A DNA stretch of 64,000 bases. Source: Chiloscyllium plagiosum. Its lineage: Eukaryota. Positions 25,785 to 39,110 of this stretch are shown in pieces; positions within the stretch are counted from its first letter, which is position 1, and each line of letters starts with the position of its first letter. The stretch lies in NCBI RefSeq assembly GCF_004010195.1, contig NC_057719.1, forward strand, positions 63,022,747 through 63,086,746, written 5' to 3'. The translations under genes and the position numbers were made by a program. The notes beneath the pieces were generated by a model. The model worked only from the letters and a program-made list of their open reading frames with translations, searched no databases and had not been told where the DNA came from.

Positions 25785-27030
25785 AGGGATAAAGATGTAC
25801 AGCATGGAAACAAACCCTTCGGTCCAACTCATCCATGCAGACCAAATATCCTAAATTAATCTTGTTCCATTTGCCAGCACTTGGCCCATATCCCTCTGAA
25901 CACTTCCTATTCATCTGCCCTTCCAGATGCCTTTTAAATTTTGTAATTGTACGAGCCCCCACCACTTCTTCTGGCAGCTCATTCCATACACGTACCACCC
26001 TCTGCTTGAAAAAGTTGTCTCTTAGGTCCCTTTTAAATATTTCCCCTCTCACCCTTAACCTATGCCCTCTAGTTCTAGACTCCCTCACCCCAGAGAAAAT
26101 ACGTTGTGTATTTACTTTTTCTATGCCCCTCATGATTTTATAAACCTCTATAAGGTCACCCCTCAGCCTCCGACGCTCCAGGGAAAACAGCTCCAGCCTG
26201 TTCAGCTTCTCCCTATAGCTCAAACCTTCCAACCCTGGCCACATCCTTGTAAATCTTTTCTGAACCCTTTCCAGTTTCACAACATCCTTTCTAGAGGACG
26301 GAGACCAGGATTGCACGCAGTATTCCAAAAATGGCCTAACCTACGTCCTGTACAGCTGCAACGTGACCTCAACTCCTATACTCAATGCTCTGACCAATAA
26401 AGTAAAACATACTAAACATCGCATTCACTATCCTATCTACCTGAGATTCCACTTTCAGGAACCAGTGCTCCAAGGTCTCTTTGTTCAACAATGCTCCCAA
26501 GGACATTACCATTAAGTGTATAAATCCTGCCCTAAATTACCTTCCCAAAATGCAGCACCTCACATTTATCTAAATTAAACTCCATCTGCCACTACTTGGC
26601 CCATTGGCCCATTGGATCAAGATCCCTTTGTCTTCTGAGGTAACCTTATTGGCTAACCACTCTGCAAACTTACTAACTATACCTCCTATTATCACATCCA
26701 AATCATTTATATAAAAGATGAAAAGTGGTGCACCCTGCACTAATCCTTGTGGCACTCCATTGGTCACAGGCCTCCAGTCTGAAAAACAACCCTCCAGCAC
26801 CACCCTCTGTCTTCTACCTTTGAGCCAATTCTGTATCCAAATGGCTAGTTCTCCCTGTATTCCATGTGATCTAACCTTACTAACCAGTCTCCCGTGAGGA
26901 ACCTTGTCAAATACCTTACTGAAGTCCCTATAAATCATGTCCACCACTCTGCCCTCATCAATCCTCTGCTACTTCATCAAAAATCTCAATCAGGTTAATG
27001 AGACATGATTTTCCGTGCACGAAGTCATGT
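25785..27030 (-). mobile_element. CR1 LINE (HER1-like) RT and 3' end, internally deleted
   Basis: DFSKVFDKVPHGRL, GVPQG, EYCVQSWSP, RRRLRGDLIEVYKIM. Confidence 0.9.
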
Positions 27031-30029
27031 TGGGCATTGCTTTTTTGGTGTCAGTTCACTGCTATGTGGTCCATTTGATTTAGTTCCTTACTGACTTTTC
27101 TGTCGCAGTTTGATATAATTAAGTTGCTTGCTGATCCATTTCACAGTTAACCATATTGCTCTGGTTCACATGTTCACCAAATGAGATGACAACAATAGTT
27201 CACTGATGTCCTTTAGGAAAGAAAGAAATCTATGTGGGGTTTTACAACAATTGACAACGGTTTCCTAGTTACGATTCATGAGACTAGCACTTAATTGCAG
27301 ACTTAACAAATGAACTTAAATTCCATCAGCTGCCATTGAGGAATTTGAACCCAAATTCCCAGAAAGCATTAGCATGGGCCTCTGGTTTGCTAACCCAGTG
27401 ATTATTACCAGTATTCCATGACACCTCACTTTGTTGTGGATCTTGATCAATCAATTTGTGAAATCTAACCTTCACCCACTTTTACAATTGATTTTTTTCT
27501 CCCAAGCTTTAAAGTCTTATACAAGAAGGGTTTAACTTTACTTTGCTGCTCAGGCCTACAATTGTGTCTGTACTGATCATTACAACAGCACTTTCTATTT
27601 AATGCCCAACTAACAAGTATAAAATTTACCTTCTTTAAAGTGTTTAATTTGTTCCCCAGGTATGGATAATGTTTACAAGACCACATTTACTGCCTACGAG
27701 TTACCTATATAAGACATTTCTGCTTGAAATGCTGTAGCCTTTTTTAAATAGCTTTTCATAAGTATTGATCCAGTGACAATGGATGTGTGACTATGTCCAC
27801 ATCAGGATCGTGTGTGACATAGACACATAGAAAATAGAATTAGGAATAAACCATTTTGCCCTTTGAATCTGTTCCTCCATTCAAAATGATCATGACTGAT
27901 CATCCACCTCAATAACCTGTTCCTATTTTCCCCCCACACCCTTTAGCCCCAAGAACTATATCTCAATCCTCTTCTGAAAACATTCAAGGTTTTGGCCTCA
28001 ACATTCCGTGGCAGAGAATTCCACAGACTCACCACTATCTGGATGAAGACATTTCTCCTCATCTCGGTTCTCATATCCTGAGACTGTGAACACTTGGTTC
28101 CTGATTATTGGAAACATCCTTCCTGTGTATAGACTGTATAGGTTTCTGTGCGAATCCAACCTCCTTCCAAAATCTCCTTCCGAATTCCAGTGCTACCGTA
28201 CTTCACTGATGGACAGAGCTTTGGGTGATGTTGTCATTGTAACATTGTTCTTGCCCTTACCCATTGGCAGAGCTCACTGGGGACTAACTGCCTGTTGAAA
28301 TAACTTCTGGCTGCTGTAATGCAACTTGTAGATTTTGTATGCTTTGGGTACCGTTGTGGCACCTCAGGAGCAGTAGCACTGATCCATTGAAGTGCTTTGG
28401 TGTAGACCAAGTCAGGCTTCTGGAATATTGCGGCTGCACGCCATTATGCTCACTGCAAGTTGTGACAACTGTTCACTTCCTTCTGCATTGGTGCCTTCGG
28501 TACATTAAACCACACTTGCTTTACACATAGTAAACATTGTGGCACAACTGGGTGAGACTGGAATGCAAATTACTTTATAGTCACATAAAAGTCTGGCTGC
28601 AACAGAACTACCTTGAGCATTTTTATTTTTGGAATTCCAGATGACAAGGCCTTGACGTTTCTGAGAACATCACAAGACTCCACAAGGAAAGAAGAAAACA
28701 TTATCTGGGGACTTGCTAGGAAACTGTTGGCCTCTGAAAGCATGTTTTAAGATAAATTACTTTGTTTTGTTTTAAAATGAATTATCTGCTGCCTCCTTTA
28801 ATTTTTAAGAGAACAAATGGAACTGTTTTGAAAACTCAATCTGTTGGGAGCTTGTCCATTATTTGTAGTAATGTCCTACAAATACATTCTTCAGATGCCA
28901 ATTGCTTATCCTTTAAGCATCTAGGGTGTTAAGTCAGTGTGTTATTACTCTGTATGAAAGAAGAGTAATTTAAAATGAACACTGGCTGACAATCAGTTTA
29001 ATTTAAGGGATACCATATTCTGAGGAAAATTTCTGACATGCAGATGTCAAAAATGTATGGGCTTCGCTAAGAGATTTTTGGCAACAGTGGTAGCGAGTGA
29101 TGTAATTGTTGATAAATGGGAGATATATTTTGCTTACATCTGAGTGAGCAGTTGGACTCAGCAGTCAGGCCTGGCCTAGGGGCAGGCAGCCAGAAATGTG
29201 AATTATTTTGCCTGAACTACAAAGCCCCTTGCAGCCAGAGGTAGCAGCTGGTGGAGATATCTATTAATACACCTGGAAATGTTTTGACATTGTGATGTTT
29301 TTGGTGATAAAATGCAGAAGTTCTGTCAGTGCAGTTAAATGAGTCATTCAACAGCATTATTATGAACGCAACAATTGGAATAAAGACTTGAGAACACAAT
29401 GTACAGTGCTGATGCTAAAAGCTATTAGTTTATTTTCATTGTATGTGTGTGGTGGTGGTGGTGGTTAGGGAGAAGATATGGCCTATGTTGTCACTTATTC
29501 ATATTTCTCAGACAAATGTTTGAGAGGGTAACAATAGCTGAAAAGGAGTGTTAGTGATAAATATTTGCCTTTGGTTTGTTCTGACAATAGGTAAATGACA
29601 GACAGGATTGAATAACCTTTCAGAACCATTATTTACTATGGTAACAATAAGATAACGTTAACGCAAAAGCAGACAGATTATTTATGGGACCAGGAAAAAG
29701 CTTTCCTATTAAATAATTTCTGATTTTCTAAAAATAAATTAAACTCAGGATGAACTACCAACATAAAATAGTTGCCATGAACCCTATCAGGGGTTTCAGA
29801 CGAAAACCCCTTTAAGAAGAAAATGATGAGAATGTGGAACTCATTAGCTGTGGTTAAGGTGAGTTGTTCCTCTATATTTAAGGGAAGGCAACATCTGAGC
29901 TATTAGGAAATCAAGGATTATAACCATAGGCCAAGATGCAGGGATGGTTAGTTTTTTATCTTAATTCCAGGTTCCCACTCTTTTCCTAAATCCATTGATT
30001 CACTTAGCTTCCTATACTAATTTCTTAAG

Positions 30030-30228
30030 ATCGAGAGTGTGGTTTTGGAAAAGCACAGCAGGTCAGGCAGCATCAGAGGAGCAGTAGAAAAGACGTTTCG
30101 GGCATAAGCCCTTCATCAGGCCCAAACATCGATTCTCCTGCTCCTTGGATATTGCCTGACCTGATGTATTTTTCCAGCACTACAGTCTTGACTCTGATCC
30201 CCACCATATGCAGTCCTCACTTTCTCCT
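30030..30228. mobile_element. Palindromic PLE-end-derived short element
   Basis: Inverted arms (GGAAAAGCACAGCAGGTCAGGCAGCATC and GATATTGCCTGACCTGATGTATTTTTCC) around a hammerhead core. Confidence 0.7.
30092..30119 (-). ncRNA. Minimal hammerhead ribozyme core
   Basis: CTGATGA-A-GGGC-TTAT-GCCC-GAAA-C-GTC: intact core and perfect stem II; stem I not evident. Confidence 0.6.
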
Positions 30229-31894
30229 AATTTTTAAAGATCGCCAATCTCATTCAACTATTCGTTCACCACTATTTACACAATTATATCTTCCACCATG
30301 AGGGTAGAGGTAACATATTTGTTTCATATCTCTTTCAGTTCATAGTGCCCAATAAAATTCCATCTGTCCCTCTCACCCGACATTTACTTTTTCTAATCTC
30401 ATCCTTTTACGCAAATTTGGAACTTATACAGTTGCTTTGTGCCAGCATTCTCTCACATACGACTTCATCTTAATTAATTTCTTGGTTATTCACTGTTTAA
30501 ATCCTTCCCAGTTTTCAGCCACGTACAAATAAAACTGGAAAATGCTGAAAATAAACAGGTTAGTCAGCATCCCTGGAGAGAGAAATGCCAATGGTCCATC
30601 AGATTTGAAATTTCCTGCATCTGAAGTATTTTGCTTTTGTGTTATGATACCTATGTCTGTCACTTGAATTTTGATTTAAGGCTCCAGGCTATTTTATAAG
30701 TCTGTTATTATTTAACACACTTTGATGAAGATAGTCATGGATGAAAAGCATTCTAAAATGTACCAACACTACACCCAAGCACTCTCCCATTGAAATGAAT
30801 GGGGAGTGCAGTGCAGTACATTTTGGAATTGCTCATTGTTGCAGTGTCAAACATGAAATATAGATATACTTCTAACAGTGTTTGCCACAGTGGAATAAAT
30901 GCTATAGTTAAAAAAAATTATTCCATGAATAAAGATGAGAAAATTTCACAGTAAAAATTATTGATCTTGTCTAAGTACATTTTGATGAAGTATTGTCAAT
31001 TGGGAAAATTAATTTATAATGAAATATTCATTGAATAATCATGCAACTTCTGATTTTCTAAAGCTTTGATTTCATTAACCTTAAAGCAAACATCAAGAAA
31101 GGAAAATTATTTGCCAAGCATATCCTTAAGGACTGTGACTGCAGTGACTGCACAATATATTCAGTTATTCTGTCTCTAAATCTGCAATATAAAGGTTTTG
31201 ATGAATGATGGTCACATTATTCCTGTGAAGTGTGTGGGCTTTTTTAATGTGTTGCCTCACAATTTAGAGTAAATACCCATGACAAATAATTTCAGAAATG
31301 AGGAAATGAATGAACAAATCCTATGCTTAATGTTTGAATATGTGGAAGTAAAAGAAACAAGCATGTCGTTCTGTGTACAATTCTCAACCTTTAACTGTTC
31401 AAAAAGGTGCAGGACTAATATTTTTCTCCAGTCTCCGATTGACGGGAAAAAGGCAAGTCAATTGAGAGAAGATCTGGCAAAGTTTGGATAACTGAGACTC
31501 TCACCGTTTTCCACCAAAGGTTTTAAGGGCCTCAATTTTAGATATTAACATTGCATTATCACCGAATCTCACTTCAGTTATACGTAGGTTATTAGTTTTT
31601 CGGGTAGCAGAGCAAAACCAAACAGTGACAATTCTAATATGAAAGTCTGAGCAGGGACCTGGTGGCTGGAATATACCAACATCTTTCTCTGGGCTTTCAT
31701 GTTGGCCAGCATTACCCAACACCTTATTCCATGGGCAGAGACTACCCCACCCCTCCACTCACAAACATCAGTGTTGGCAAAGCCACAGCCTCACCACATC
31801 ATCATGGCTCATTTGGGATGCAGTTATGATACAGTTCATCATTTTATTACTGCACTTTGGAGCTTACCAACTCCCTACATTGAAATGCTACCAC

Positions 31895-32412
31895 ATCGTG
31901 TACACTACAAAAATAGGTATCCATGCCAACTAGATATCCTAAATTAATCTAGTCCCAAATTAATCTAGCATTTGACCCATATCCTTCTAAACTCTTCCTA
32001 TTCGCATACCCATCCTGATGCCTTTTAAATGTTGTAATTGTACCAGTCTCAACCACTTCCTCTGGCAGCTCATTCCATATATGTACCACCCTTTGTGTGA
32101 AAACCTTGCCCCTTAGGTCCCTTTTAAGTCTTTCCCCTTAAACCTATACCCTCTGGTTTTGGACTCCATCCACCCTGGGGAAAAGACCTTAACTATTCAC
32201 CCTATCCATGCCCCTCATGATTTTATAAAACTCTACACCCCTCAACCTCTGTCGCTCCACGAAAACTAGCCCTAGCTTATTCAGCCTCTGTAAGCCTGGC
32301 AACATCCTTGTAAATCTTTTCTGAACCCTTTCAAGTTTCACAACATCTTTCTTATAGCAGGGAGAGTGCAATTGAATACATTATTGCAAAAGTGGCCTAA
32401 CCAATGTCCTTA
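31895..32412 (-). mobile_element. CR1 LINE 3' fragment
   Basis: KKDVVKLERVQKRFTRMLPGL; same family as 25785 and 44820. Confidence 0.85.
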
Positions 32413-33836
32413 CTTTAATCATTAGGACAGAGTGAATCTTAGGGCTCTTAGCCTGATTTTTTATCGCTTGCTCACTTTGCAATTACTTGGATACTTGCAG
32501 TATCTCTGCCTTGCCTTGCCTTGCCTTTTCATGCAGACAGATAGCTAGGTAGCTTGCCATGTTTTCAGCAATGATCCAGTAAAGGGTCAGTTCATATTTA
32601 GTCGCAACATGTCCACCATAGTTCAGGAAGGGTTGGAGAGGTGTCCTGAGTAAATGGGTAGGATGTGGTGAGGGCAAAAAGAGTTGGTATCTGAGGCAAT
32701 AGGGTGGGTGAGAGCCATCGAGGAAAGATACTGCTTGCAATAGTGACAGTGGTAGACCATGAGCCCTTTTAGGAGATGGGTGCAATAGCTCAGTTACAGT
32801 GAGTGTGAGGTAGAAGATAGAAGATGGTGGCACTTACCATTACAGAGCACGGAAGGTCATTAAGGTACTGCACTGACCTAGATGGCAACTTCAGACCAGG
32901 CTGGCAGCATTTGACACATTGTGCAGCTGGGGTTTAAATATAGTCCCAGTGGCATGTATGTCCTGGCACAGGCAAGCATTTTGCAACATGTTGAGTGCAA
33001 TGTAGCATGAGAGTGAAGCCATGGAAAAGTGGTGCATACTTCACGAGATGAGCAACCCACCCCTTCCTCAGATTAAATTCTGAGAGAAACATTGCTTAGG
33101 CTCACGGAGGGAAAACCTCCCTGAAACTAATCAAAATCGATACTTACCTAAATTTTGGGATTTTAGAATATTGAGGATGATTTCAATTCATCCTCCTCTT
33201 ACCTGCTATCGTGTGGTAGCCTAAATAAGAAGACTGACAGACAGAAGGGCTTGAATTAATATTATCAATTTAAATCATCAGGCTGTATCCAGGCACTTGG
33301 ATAGATAATCATTATTTCTGTGATCTACAGTAAATATTCTCTTTCGTGTTCATGTCACCTATCACTCTTTAAGTGGATATATATCCTGTCTAATCTAGAG
33401 AATTCCTTCACTACACAATTTTATATAAACTTATAGCATTCGGCAAATAACCATAACATTAAGCCCCTTGGGTGTACTTGATATTGTAACTTGCGTGTGC
33501 TACCTGCAATATTACTCCTGTCCTTCCTGATAGTAAATTGTAAAGCACTCTGGTGAGCTAAAGCAGTTGTAGGTCACCAAAGTAGTTTATTTGATTTCCA
33601 TACTTTCCTCTTGTAGCCTGTAAGTATTCAGCTTTCAGCTAACAGCCTGAGACTTCAAAATTATTCAGGGCTGAATCGGTTTTTTTGGTCGAGTGTCAGT
33701 TTTGTTGAGTTTCTTTTCTCACCGGGCCTAGTGAGATTTCTTGCCATATATTACCAAACGTGCCTTATTAACCACCCTGCCCTATAACACTCCCTCACCT
33801 GATTCTAGCCCCATCTTATACCATGCCACCCATTAA

Positions 33837-34200
33837 GGGTGGCATGGTGGCTCAGTGGCCCAGTGGTTAGTGCTGCTGCCTCACAGCACCAGGGACCCAG
33901 TTCAATTCCAGCCTCGGGCGACTGTCTGTGTAGAGTTTGCACATTCTACCCGTGTCTGTGTGGGTTTCCTCCAGGTGCTCTGGTTTCCTCCCACAGTCTA
34001 AAGATGCACAGGTTAGGGACATTGGCCGTGCTAAGTTGCCCACAGTGTCCAGGGATGGTAGGTTAGGTGCATTAGTTAGGGGTAAATGTAGAATAATGGG
34101 GTCGAGGAATGGGTCTGGATGGGTTACTCTTCAGAGGGTCGGTGTAGACTTGTTGAGCCAAATCTACACTGGGCCTCTTTCTACACTGTAGGGATTCTAA
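33837..34200 (+). mobile_element. HE1-related SINE
   Basis: Same head, core and tail as the other copies; short duplication in the A-box region. Confidence 0.85.
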
Positions 34201-35074
34201 GTTCATCTTTGAAGGGCCACTGTGCACAAATATTAGTAATATCCAGAGTCAAAAAAGTGTGGCACTGAAAAAGCATAGCAGATCAGGCAACATCCGAGGA
34301 GCAGAAGAGTCGATGTTTTGGACATAAGCCCAGTGCTCACTTTCTCCTGTTGGTAATATCCCCTGACTGTGGCCAATCCTTGGACTGTGTGCAGCCTGTG
34401 CCCACCACTTACTCCAACACGACCACCTAACCGCACTCCACCCCTCCTTTTAATAGACTGAGGACTAGCTCCCATCCAATTGTGTTTCCCACTCACTGTG
34501 TTTACCGCACAGGATTCTGGTACATGCGGTGGGTATTAGATTGTCTCGGTGTGCCATACAGTGAAACATTCTCTCCTCCAGACAGAAATGGATCTGCACA
34601 AAAGAGGACATCAATATGGGACCATACTGATGATGTCCAGGTACAGGTTAAAGTTCCAAAGCCTTAACAGGCATGACAGTAACATTAATTATTACCGCTA
34701 ACTGCTGTTCAAAATGGTTATGATTAAAAATTCTTGATTTCAACATCAATTCTATAAAGCAGTAAAATACCTAATTTACTAATATCCTAACACCACAACC
34801 CTTTGGCTTGCACTATCAAGCCCATTATCATTTACATCTGTCCTACTTTCCATTCCTCAGGGGATCTTCTATCATGATATGTCAGACTTGTCTGTCTTGC
34901 ACCATCGTCTCATATCCATTGTAGCTCCTCTGGAAATACTATGTGACATCCATCATCCAACTGGACCTTGGCCAATCCCCACAATCTGCAGCCCTCCATT
35001 TACCTCCACGCATCTGCAGCTTTTCAACTCAGACCAACTGGTCAAAATGCTGACTATTTATTTTGTGTACACGC

Positions 35075-36646
35075 GTACACCAGATCTGTTCAGATGAGGA
35101 GGAACATGACGGGCACCTGGAAATGCTCATAAGAACGGAATACGATGCTCAACTCATCGACCGCCAGTTCCGACGTGCCACAGCAAGGAACCGTAATGAC
35201 CTCCTCAGGAGACAGACACGTGCTGCAACCGACAGGGTACCCTTCGTTGTTCAGTACTTCCCAGGAGCCAAAAAACTACACCATGTTCTTTGTGACCTGC
35301 AACATATTATCAATGAGGATGAGCACCTCGCCAAGACCTTCCCCACACCTCCACTGCTCGCCTTTAAACAACCGCCAAACCTCAAACAGATCAATGTTCG
35401 CAGCAAACTGCCCGGCTTTCAGGACAACTCCATACAATCCTGTCACGGTAGGCGCTGCAAGATGCGTCAGAGTGTGGACATGGATACCATCATTATGCAT
35501 GGGGACACCTCCCACCATGTACGTGGCAGGTACTCATGTGACTCAGCTAACATTGTCTATCTCATACACTGCAGGCAAGGATGCCCTGAGGCATGATACA
35601 TTGGTGAAACCAAGCAAAGGCTATGGCAACGGATGAATGGGCACCGCGCAACAATCAACAGACAGGAGTGTTCCCTTCCAGTTGGAGAACACTTCAGTGG
35701 TCCAGGACATTTGACCTCGGACCTTCCGGTGACCATCCTCCAAGGCTGACTTTGGGACAGGCAGCAGTGAAAAGTGGCTGAGCAGAGGCTGATAGCTAAG
35801 TTCGGTACCCGTAGGGAGGGCCTCAACCGGGACCTTGGGTTCATATCACTCTAAAGGTGACCACCATTGCACCATACACACACAGAGACACTCCTACCAC
35901 TCCTAAACCCCCCCCCCCCAAACACTCAGAACCCAACATCACAGACACACAAGCTCCTACAGACACGCACACTCCCACAGTCACACATGCATCCTCTCAC
36001 AGACCTAGACACTTTACACTCATACACACATATACACTCTCTCTCTCACAGACACTCACAACCCTCCCATCCCAGATACATACACACACAAAACACTCCT
36101 ACAGACACACACTCCCACACTCACACAGCACCCTCTCACAGACTTAGACCACTTTACACTCTCACGTACACACACACACATATGTACACTCTCTCAACTC
36201 CCCACCCCAGACACACACACACACATACAAAAACCCACATGCACACATACACATATATATTTGTGGGGTGAATTTGAACTTGTAGAGTTACATTATGCTT
36301 TGCTCAAAAACTGCATGAATCCATGTAAGACTCTGTTATCTCACTTTTTAGATTAGAATCAGTCTAAACATTATGGCACAGACAGAGGACACAGGGGGCT
36401 AACACCTTCAACATCTCAACATCTTATCTGCACTGACACCAATTGTTACAGTTAATCTGACAATGTAACTTTTAAAAAAACGTTTTGTGATTTACATATG
36501 AAAGAAGTGAAACTATCATGGTCATTCTAACAGATGACAGAATTAACAAACAATCAAGCTATTTTTCAATGTATACTTTCAGTAACATCACACTGTAAAC
36601 TTTTACTCTAAAGTCTGTGTCTAACAATCGTGCCCTCCACAACCAC
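35075..36646 (+). mobile_element. Penelope-like element: RT C-terminus, GIY-YIG endonuclease and CA-rich 3' region, disabled
   Basis: CDSANIVYLIHC...YIGETKQRL...GEHFSGPGH...GLNRD with stops; (CA)-rich tract at 35870-36260. Confidence 0.85.
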
Positions 36647-37849
36647 TTCAGCATCCACATTTCAAAGGCCCACATTTCTTCCATCAATTTTTACTTATCC
36701 TCCAAGTTTCTGAAATATATGGGAAAATTGATTTAATGTAGCATTTTGAGGTTTTCTTCCTTGCTACAAAGCTGATTTCTCTTGTTCTTTGCAACAGGAG
36801 ATTCTTGTCTTAGATTTTCCCTTGCATTCTTTCCTCCTCTCTCCACTTTTCCTGCAATCTGTATTTGCATTAAGCCCCTGAAATCATCTCTTCAATTTTT
36901 CAGCTGGTGATGAACTTTGTTTCTCTCTCCACTGATACTGGCTGACCTGCTGAGCATTTCAAGCATTTTCTGTTTTTACTTCAAGTTTTTGGTGTCTGCA
37001 GTCTTCTGCTTTTGTATCATTGATCAAAATAACATCATAAGCCACATGCGTTTTACTGCAGATTATGGCTTTGACTGGGGGCAAAGTGCTGCTGTTTGGT
37101 ATGATACTAATAAACTGACAAAACATGCGCAATGTAAGCGTACAATGCTGGAGAACGCAAAGAAATGTAGATTGCCGTATAATTTATTTTTTCTTAATTG
37201 TACTACCAGATAATTGCAAGGTTGGCAAAAACCTTGAAATAATTTCCATAGATCAGCAACATGTCAATTATTCTGAAGATAGTGTTACATTTGCTATATA
37301 TGTTTAGAATATGAAATATGAATGATCCTGTAAGAGGAGAGAAATGTTTGGCTCCGTCTAGTGATTGACGTGATGTGAAAACCTTTGTTTGAACTTTATT
37401 TGAATGGTTTCAGGTTAAGAATGTGGCTCTATAGGACAATGTGCCATTAAACTATAATCATTAGACTCCCCTTGAATGAACTGACATGATGTTTAATTCT
37501 ATGAGGTACAATCTACTTACCCAAAAAAACTAGACCCAGATTTTTCTAAAGTGGTCAAAGTCTCTGTGCTATTGTAATACTGTCTCTGTAACAGAAGCAC
37601 TTGCACTGCACAAAAATGAAAAAAACGTACGGAGTGAGTGTTTTAAACCACCATCAGTGTTGGATTTTTATATACCTCTGTGATTCATGTCCACCTGACT
37701 AAAACACTGGGCTGATCCCAAAGGCTGTCTGCAGCTTAACACAGGGAGAAGCCTTCATTGCCTTACCTTAATTAGACATCTCATCTTGGTCAGCTTGTAG
37801 TCAATTAGATTGGCCAATGGTTATGTAGACATAAGGGGGAGGGGCGTGC

Positions 37850-38050
37850 ATGGTTTGGTTAGCCCAGTTGCCCGGATGGCTGGTTTGCATCAGAGTCATA
37901 CCATCGGTGCAGGTTCAATTCTGCACCGATTGAGGCCTTCTCAATCTTGGCCTCTCACCCAAGGTGTGGTGCTCCTCCAATTAAATTCCCCACCGGGTGT
38001 CTCTCTCTTTGATAAAACAGCAGCCCTCTGCGACCAAGGAGACTTCATCT
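37850..38050 (+). mobile_element. tRNA-derived SINE, third family
   Basis: AGCCCAGTTG and GGTTCAATTC boxes; similar to 11400-11590. Confidence 0.5.
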
Positions 38051-38199
38051 GTTGGAACAGCAGTGCCACCACGTACCACTAGGACCCCAATGGTTCCCAA
38101 GGCTGGTCTTCCAGGAAAGGCAGGTCCATCTGGGCTTTATCAAACCAGATCATCATAAGAAATAGTACCAGGAGTAATTCATTCAGCCTGCTCCACCAG

Positions 38200-39110
38200 C
38201 GTCATAGTCATCTACTGCACTGCAAAAAGCCCTTCAGCCCAGGGCTTCTACACAAGTCAGGGGACGAAACGTTTGCAACAAAAACTTCCAGCTCGGCAAA
38301 CAGAACCACAGCAACGAGCACCCGAGCTACAAATCTTCTCACAAACTTTCTACACAAGTCAAAAGCAATCACCTGACTACTCTAATCCCATTTCCTCGTA
38401 TTCAGCCCACAGCCTTGTGTGCCTTTCCATCATAAATACACATTTAAGTACTTAAATGTTGTAAACGTTTCTGTCTCTACCACCTTCACTGGCAAAGAAT
38501 TCCAGATTCTCACCACCTTCCAAATGTAAACATTTTTCTTCATACCTCCTCTAATCCTTCTGCCCCTAACCTTAAATCCATACTCCCTGGTCATTGATTC
38601 CTCCATCAAGTTTCTTTCTATCCACCCGATCAATGCCCCTCATAATTTTATCTATTTAAGTCACGACCCCTCTCAATCGCCTTTACTCTGAGGAAAACAA
38701 CCTCAGTCTGTCTAATCTCTTTCCATTAACTGAAACTCTCCAGCCCAGGAACATCCTAGTAAATCTTCTCTGCACCATCTACAGTTCAATCACATCTTTC
38801 CTGTAATGTGGATTCCACAACTGCATGCAGTACTCTAACTGTGGCCTGACCAGGGTTTTATACAGTTCCAGCACAACATCTCTGCTCTTAACCTCTATAC
38901 CCTGGTTAATAAAGGGAAGTATATGGCTTCATAATTACTTTATCCACCTGGCCTGAATCCTTAAAGACTGGTGTATATGCATACCAAGATCCTGCTGATC
39001 CTCAGTGCTTTCTAGGGTCCTACTGTTCATCATGTGCATCACCTCACATTTATCCAGATTAAATTCCATTTGCCACTGCTCAGTCTATCTGACCGGCCAA
39101 TCTATTTCCT
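38200..39110 (-). mobile_element. CR1 LINE 3' fragment (distinct subfamily)
   Basis: VVRIWNSLPVKVVE; LEYCMQLWNPH-like segment. Confidence 0.75.
38260..38347 (+). mobile_element. 88-bp PLE terminal fragment with 14-bp TSD
   Basis: TTCTACACAAGTCA at 38246-38259 and 38348-38361; insert matches the PLE end at 41372-41430. Confidence 0.75.

Noticed and set aside
35857..36271. His/Thr-rich ORFs
   Set aside because: They are artefacts of the CA-rich tract in the PLE.
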